DNA from: an uncultured delta proteobacterium
Lineage (GTDB): Bacteria > Desulfobacterota > Syntrophia > Syntrophales > UBA5619
Assembly (NCBI GenBank): GCA_963817385.1
Contig: CAWFOM010000005.1
Location: 128,001 to 192,000 of the forward strand
Direction of reading: 5' to 3'
DNA: 64,000 nucleotides
The notes below the pieces were generated by a model. That model did no database searches. It saw nothing but the letters and a program-made list of their open reading frames with translations, and had not been told where the DNA came from. Numbering within the stretch: the first letter of the stretch is position 1; every line of letters starts with the position of its first letter. The position numbers were made by a program, and so were the translations under genes. This document shows, one piece after another, positions 58,938-64,000 of this stretch.

Positions 58938-60152
58938 CTATTGGACGATTTTCTCTTCCTTCATCTTCGCGATCTCATCGGGTGTGTACCCCAGCCCCGC
59001 CAGGAGTTCCGCCGTATGCTCGCCCAGCTCCGGCGCGCGGCAGGTGATGCCGGCCGGGGTCGCGGAGAGCTTGATGGGGTTGTTGAGCACCTTGATCTTC
59101 CCTTGGCCGGCGATCTCCATCTCGCCGAAAAAGCCGTTGGCGATGGCCTGCTCGTCATGGGTCACCTCCCGCGGCGTGACGACGGGCGACCAGACGATCT
59201 TGAACTTGCGCAGATGGACCCGCCACTCATCGTAGGTTTTGCCCCGGAAGATCTCCTCGATGATTGCGATGAGTTCGACGCAGTTTTTCTGCCGCGCCTT
59301 GAAGTCGACAAACTTGGGGTCTTTCTCCAGCTCCGGCCGGTCGATCGCCCTGCAGAATTCCGGCCAGTAGGTCTGGGCGTTGGTCATCCCCAGCATGATC
59401 CAGCGGTTGTCCTTGGTGGGATAAAGGTTGCGGATCGGATTGGCCATCGATTTGCGCTGGGGCCGCGGGGCGTCTTTTCCGGTCGTCAGACATCCCGTGA
59501 TATCGAACCCCAGGACCCAGGTGGCGGTGTTGTACAGGGATACCTCCACCTGCTGGCCGATCCCGGTGCGCTCCCGGGCGAAGAGCGCCGTCATGACGCC
59601 CGCCAGAAGGCTCAGCGAGGTGATGCTGTCGCCGTAGGCGCCCCGGGAGATGTTCGGCGCCGTTTCCGGATCGTGCATCATCTCCATGACGCCGCTTCTG
59701 GCCCAGAAGGCCACCGAGTCGTAGCCGCCCGAGTTCTTCTCCGGCCCCTTCTGGCCGTAGCCGGTGAGGTTCGCATAGATGATCTTGGGATTGCGGGCCG
59801 CGATGGCTTCATAGGTCAGGTTGAACTTCTGCATCTCATACGGGCGCAGGTTGTTGAGAAACACGTCGGCCTTCGCGCAGAGCTTGTGGATGATCTCCTG
59901 CCCTTCGGGGCTCGCCAGGTTGACGCAGATGCTCTTCTTGTTCCGGTCCACGTGCTCCCAGAGGTAATTGATCTCGCTGTACTGCGTCCACGCCCCGAGG
60001 CGCTGGCTCGAGTACCGCTGCATATCGCCTTCGCCCGGCGCTTCCACGTGGACGACATCCGCCCCCCAGCTCCCCATGAGCATCCCGGCGATCGGCATGG
60101 CCACCGCCGCCCCTATCTCCACCACCTTGATTCCTTCCAGTGCCTTTGTCAT
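58938..60152 (-). CDS. CaiB/BaiF family III CoA-transferase
   Basis: LEGIKVVE, GADVVHVE, RNKKSI, GYD, APELGEHT motifs. Confidence 0.92.
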   Translation of the reverse strand: MTKALEGIKVVEIGAAVAMPIAGMLMGSWGADVVHVEAPGEGDMQRYSSQRLGAWTQYSEINYLWEHVDRNKKSICVNLASPEGQEIIHKLCAKADVFLNNLRPYEMQKFNLTYEAIAARNPKIIYANLTGYGQKGPEKNSGGYDSVAFWARSGVMEMMHDPETAPNISRGAYGDSITSLSLLAGVMTALFARERTGIGQQVEVSLYNTATWVLGFDITGCLTTGKDAPRPQRKSMANPIRNLYPTKDNRWIMLGMTNAQTYWPEFCRAIDRPELEKDPKFVDFKARQKNCVELIAIIEEIFRGKTYDEWRVHLRKFKIVWSPVVTPREVTHDEQAIANGFFGEMEIAGQGKIKVLNNPIKLSATPAGITCRAPELGEHTAELLAGLGYTPDEIAKMKEEKIVQ

Positions 60153-60206
60153 GGTCCCGTCTCCTCTGTATCGTTTTTTCCGTCGTAGTTCGCGCATCGA
60201 CCTCCG

Positions 60207-61169
60207 CTATGCGGCGCCGCCGGCCGCGGCCAGGGCCGCCGCCTTCTCCGCATTCCTCTTTTCAACGGCATCCGCACGGACCAGGAGGTAGTTGACATAT
60301 TTCATGTTGGCGACGTCGTACATCCGGCCGTCCACCGCAACGGATCCCTCACCCTGGGCGTACGCCTCATCCAGGGCCTTCTTGACCCGGCGGGCCAGGG
60401 CAACCTCCTCCGCCGGAGGGGAGAACCCTTCGTTGGCCGCTTCGACCCACGCGGGATGGATGGCGCTCGTGCCCATGAACCCCATCCGGTACGCGTACCG
60501 GCAGGCCTTGAGCATCGCCTCTTTTCCCGCGGAGACGTCCACATAATCCGCATTGTTCTGGGCGCCCATGCCGTGCGCCTGCACCCCGGCGGCGCGGGCG
60601 GCATAGAGGAGCTTGGTTTCGGGGTAGAAATACTGATCGAAATTCAGCTCCGGATACCGGGTGAACCCCAGATCGACGGAGAGGTCGGCCTGCCCGGTGG
60701 TTATGGAGACGATCCGGGGGCTCGCTTCGGCGATATCCTCCATGCGGAGGATCCCCCTGGCCGTTTCGAAGATCAGGTCGAACTGGATCTTCCCACCCGG
60801 GAGTCCCCGTTCTTTCTCCAGCTCGGTAACCATGCGGTCGACCCGCCGGACGTCCTCGACCGATTCGCATTTCGGGACCATGATGGATGTCAACCCGGGG
60901 ATGACGATCGCATCGAGATCCTCCTCCTCGAAATCCCGGTTGATGCGCACCTGGATCTCCGCCCCGCCCTTCCGCACGACCGGGATGTCGTCCTTGACCA
61001 TCCTGCGGGCCGTTGCCTTGTCCGAAGGGGCGACGGCATCTTCAAGGTCCAGGATGATGCAGTCCGCGCCGCGCGTCCAGGCCTTCGCCAGAAATTTTTC
61101 CCGATTCGCCGGGACATAGAGCTTGGACCTGCGGACGAAGGTCTTCCGGTCGAATTTTTCAGCCATCAT
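60207..61169 (-). CDS. CitE-like CoA-ester lyase (HpcH/HpaI-citrate lyase beta family)
   Basis: RRSKLYVP, ILDLEDAV, VRIN, PKCES, AIHP, DGRMYD motifs. Confidence 0.9.
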   Translation of the reverse strand: MMAEKFDRKTFVRRSKLYVPANREKFLAKAWTRGADCIILDLEDAVAPSDKATARRMVKDDIPVVRKGGAEIQVRINRDFEEEDLDAIVIPGLTSIMVPKCESVEDVRRVDRMVTELEKERGLPGGKIQFDLIFETARGILRMEDIAEASPRIVSITTGQADLSVDLGFTRYPELNFDQYFYPETKLLYAARAAGVQAHGMGAQNNADYVDVSAGKEAMLKACRYAYRMGFMGTSAIHPAWVEAANEGFSPPAEEVALARRVKKALDEAYAQGEGSVAVDGRMYDVANMKYVNYLLVRADAVEKRNAEKAAALAAAGGAA

Positions 61170-61377
61170 CGGATGCCTCCAGTTTATGTACCCGTGCAAC
61201 TAACCCGGGTTCGCAGGTATAAGGACATGACGCCCCCCGATGAGTCGCTCTGGCGCTGTTCCCCGAAGACAGGAAGGGCTTCCCGGCAGGGATAGTGGTT
61301 GCGGGGCCTGCAGGCTGCACTCCCGGTCATTGATTTTTTAAGGATCTGCACCCTCGATGCTTTTACCTACTGTTAAA

Positions 61378-62896
61378 CTTACCGGCAATTTATGACCCGG
61401 CTGTCCCGGCGTGCCGCCGTTCACGGATCCACCCGATCATAGGCCAGAGTACCATGGCAAAGGCCAGCAGCAGCAGACCGGCAGTAATCGGCCGGGTATA
61501 AGAAGATATCGTAGCTTCCCAGCGACATGGTGAGCGACTGGCGCAGAGCCCGTTCCACCATGGGGCCCAGGACCACCGAGAGGACCAAAGGGGCGGGGGG
61601 CAGGTCGAATTTCCTCATCAAGTACCCAACGATGCTGAATACATAGAGGAGCCCTACGTCGAAGGTGCTGTTGTCGACCGCAGTAAACGCCGACCGTGGA
61701 AAATACGATGATCAGGGGCATCAGAAGCGGAGTTGGGGATCTTGAGAATCTTGACGAAGAGAGGGATGCAGCCGATGTTCATGATGAGAAGCATGACATT
61801 GCCGATGTACATGCTTGCGATGACGCCCCAGACGAAATCCGGGTTCTTCTGGAAGAGCAAAGGACCCGGCTGCAGGCCGAACATCATCAGTGCCCCCAGC
61901 ATGATGGCGGTGGTCCCTGAGCCCGGGATCCCCAGCGTGAGCAGCGGCACCATGGCGCCTCCTGTGGACGGAGTTGTTGGCCGACTCCGGCCCGGCCACC
62001 CCCTCGATCGCCCCCTTCCCGAACCGCTCCGGATGCCGCGAGAGCTTCTTCTCGGTCGCATAGCTCAAAAACGAGGCGATGGTTCCCCCGGCGCCCGGGA
62101 GCACCCCGACGATGAAACCGATGAAGGTGCCACGGGTGATCGGCGCCCAGGAGAGCCGCCAATCCTCGCGGTTCGGCCAGACGCCCCTGATGGTGGTCGT
62201 GACAAATTCCAGTTTCAGGGTCTTCTCGGCCGTAAAGAGCACCTCTCCAATCCCGAAGAGCCCCACGGCTACCACCAGGAAATTGACGCCGTCCAGGAGC
62301 TCCGGGAAGTCGAAGGTAAGGCGCGGATGGCCGGACAAGGCATCCATCCCGGAAGTGGAAACCAGGAGACCCAGGAAGGTGACCAGGAAGGCCTTCAGCA
62401 CCGATCCGCCGGTGAGACCCGAGATGGTTGTGAGACCCATAAGCATGAGGGCGAAGTACTCCGGCGGCCCGAAAGAGAGGGCGACCTTCACGAGCGGCAC
62501 CGCGATCAGCATCAGGAAGATGACGCTGGCGGTTCCGGCGATGAAGGAACCGAAGGCCGCGATGCCGAGGGCCGTTCCCGCCCGGCCCTGCAATGCCATC
62601 TGGTAGCCGTCCAGGGTGGTCATTACGGATGAGGACTCACCGGGAAGATTGATGAGAACAGAGGTGATGGTGCCCCCATACATCGCCCCGCAGTAAATTC
62701 CCGCCATCATGATCATGGCGGAGGTGGGATTGACTCCGAAGGTCAGCGGCAGCAGGATGGAAATCCCCGCCGAGGGTCCGATGCCCGGAAGCGCCCCGAT
62801 GATCGTCCCGGCGATCGTTCCCAGGAGGCAGTACAGGAGATTGACCGGTGTGATGGCGATGGAAAAACCCATCATCAACTGTTGCAGTGCTTCCAT
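61378..62896 (-). CDS. tctA: TTT large permease subunit (several frameshifts; 3' end approximate)
   Basis: [37 protein letters not shown] in consecutive ORFs. Confidence 0.85.
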
Positions 62897-62906
62897 ACGC
62901 AACTCC

Positions 62907-63393
62907 TTAGTAGATTGGCCCGTAGATTGGAAGGACCTTTTCCAGAATACCCATGGGCAGCGGGACGCCGAGCCAGCGCCCGAAAACCAGGTACACGCCG
63001 AACAGGGTAAGGATCGCGGTGAGGGCGATTGCCTTCCAGTTCCGGGAGCCGAAGACCGGCATGGTGACGGCAGTGACGATGGCCAGAGAGATCGGCAGAC
63101 CCAGACGGTTTCATGAGGACTATGGCCAGGAGGTAACCGGCGAGCACCAGGATCACCCGTAATCCGCCCACCTTTTCGGGATAAAATACCGTCGCGAAGC
63201 GTTCGGCGGGAAGCGAGATGGCCCGGACCAGCAAGGCAGCCGATGTGATCCCCAGACCTACTGCAAGCCAGAACGGCATAAAGCCCGGCCCCATCCCAAA
63301 CTCGGCGCCGGACTCGATCAGGCTGGACTCGTAGCCGATATAGATCGCAAACAGCAACAGAACCACCCCCAGGACTTGTTCGGCCCGTTTCAT
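62907..63393 (-). CDS. tctB: TTT small membrane subunit (frameshift ~63105)
   Basis: MGPGFMPFW; other frame gives WLGVPLPMG. Confidence 0.82.
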
Positions 63394-63418
63394 GTCGGAT
63401 CTCCTTTCCCTTGGGTCT

Positions 63419-63455
63419 GCCGGGACCGGCCGTTTTATTCTCGGCCGGTCCCGGC
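63419..63455. terminator. Intercistronic hairpin between tctC and tctB
   Basis: GCCGGGACCGGCCG/CGGCCGGTCCCGGC 14-bp stem. Confidence 0.55.
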
Positions 63456-63481
63456 TTTACGCTGGGCTGCGAACAGCAAAA

Positions 63482-64000
63482 CTACTTCTTGACCACACCA
63501 AGCTCCCGCAGGATGATACTGGTTTCCTGCGCAAATTTGTCGTAGTGCTTCCTGGTCTGGGCGCCGTCCAGGAACTTCGGAGTCATGAAGTTGTCGGAAA
63601 TGTATTTCTTGAAGGCCGCGGTATCCATGACCTTCTTGGCAACCTGCTGGTAGTAGGCCACTGCCTCAGCAGGGATGCCCGGCGGGGCGTTGATCCCGCG
63701 GAAGGTGTTGAAAACCACATTGATGCCCAGTTCCTTCAGGGTGGGGACATCCTTGAGCTCCGGCACCCGGACCTCGGCAGCGAGGGCCAGAGGCCGCATG
63801 GTCTTCCCCTCGAACTGGGGCATGACCTCGGTCGGATTGGCGCTGGCGATGTCGATATGGCCTCCGAGGAGCGCCGCGTTCACATCACCGCCGCCCTGGA
63901 AAGCGATGTAGTTGAACTTAACGCCGGCGGCCTTGCCGATCATGGCCGCCAGGATGGAATCGGAACCGCCCACGTTGGACCCGCCCCACTTGATGTTTTT
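63482..64000 (-). CDS. tctC: TTT substrate-binding protein, C-terminal part (continues past the window)
   Basis: FQGGGD..AALLGGHID, DVPTLKELG, RGINAPPG motifs. Confidence 0.88.
   Translation of the reverse strand, partial: KNIKWGGSNVGGSDSILAAMIGKAAGVKFNYIAFQGGGDVNAALLGGHIDIASANPTEVMPQFEGKTMRPLALAAEVRVPELKDVPTLKELGINVVFNTFRGINAPPGIPAEAVAYYQQVAKKVMDTAAFKKYISDNFMTPKFLDGAQTRKHYDKFAQETSIILRELGVVKK

Overview
A 64 kb bacterial window, mostly GC-rich with several AT-richer patches. Gene content and repeat style suggest an anaerobic Desulfobacterota/Syntrophales-like organism (inference only). It is a mosaic of short modules separated by gene remnants. I saw no rRNA, tRNA or CRISPR array. Main content: (1) an intact IS1202/ISNCY-type element with a 15-bp target duplication (3185-4609); (2) an unannotated integron relic (11804-14190) with a truncated integrase N-terminus, attI and three attC-bounded cassettes (yefM-yoeB, a gamma-CA-like gene, mazEF); (3) four tripartite tricarboxylate transporter (Tct) sets with GntR, aldolase, Ldh_2, amidohydrolase, CoA-transferase, CitE-like and TPP enzymes; (4) a fused ComDE-like decarboxylase; (5) a defence-like block (41153-47198): degenerate AIPR-like gene, UDG-fold glycosylase-like gene, small ORF, multi-domain McrB and McrC, next to a Fic gene; (6) a probable selenoprotein missed by the ORF track (48981-49478, in-frame UGA plus SECIS-like hairpin); (7) an M16 peptidase pair and a cNOR (norCB). 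An unexplained ~100-bp diverged non-coding element occurs twice (35624-35728 and 47371-47472). Beyond ~38.6 kb many genes carry single-base frameshifts that look like sequencing or assembly indels. All product calls come from reading motifs by eye; no searches were run.
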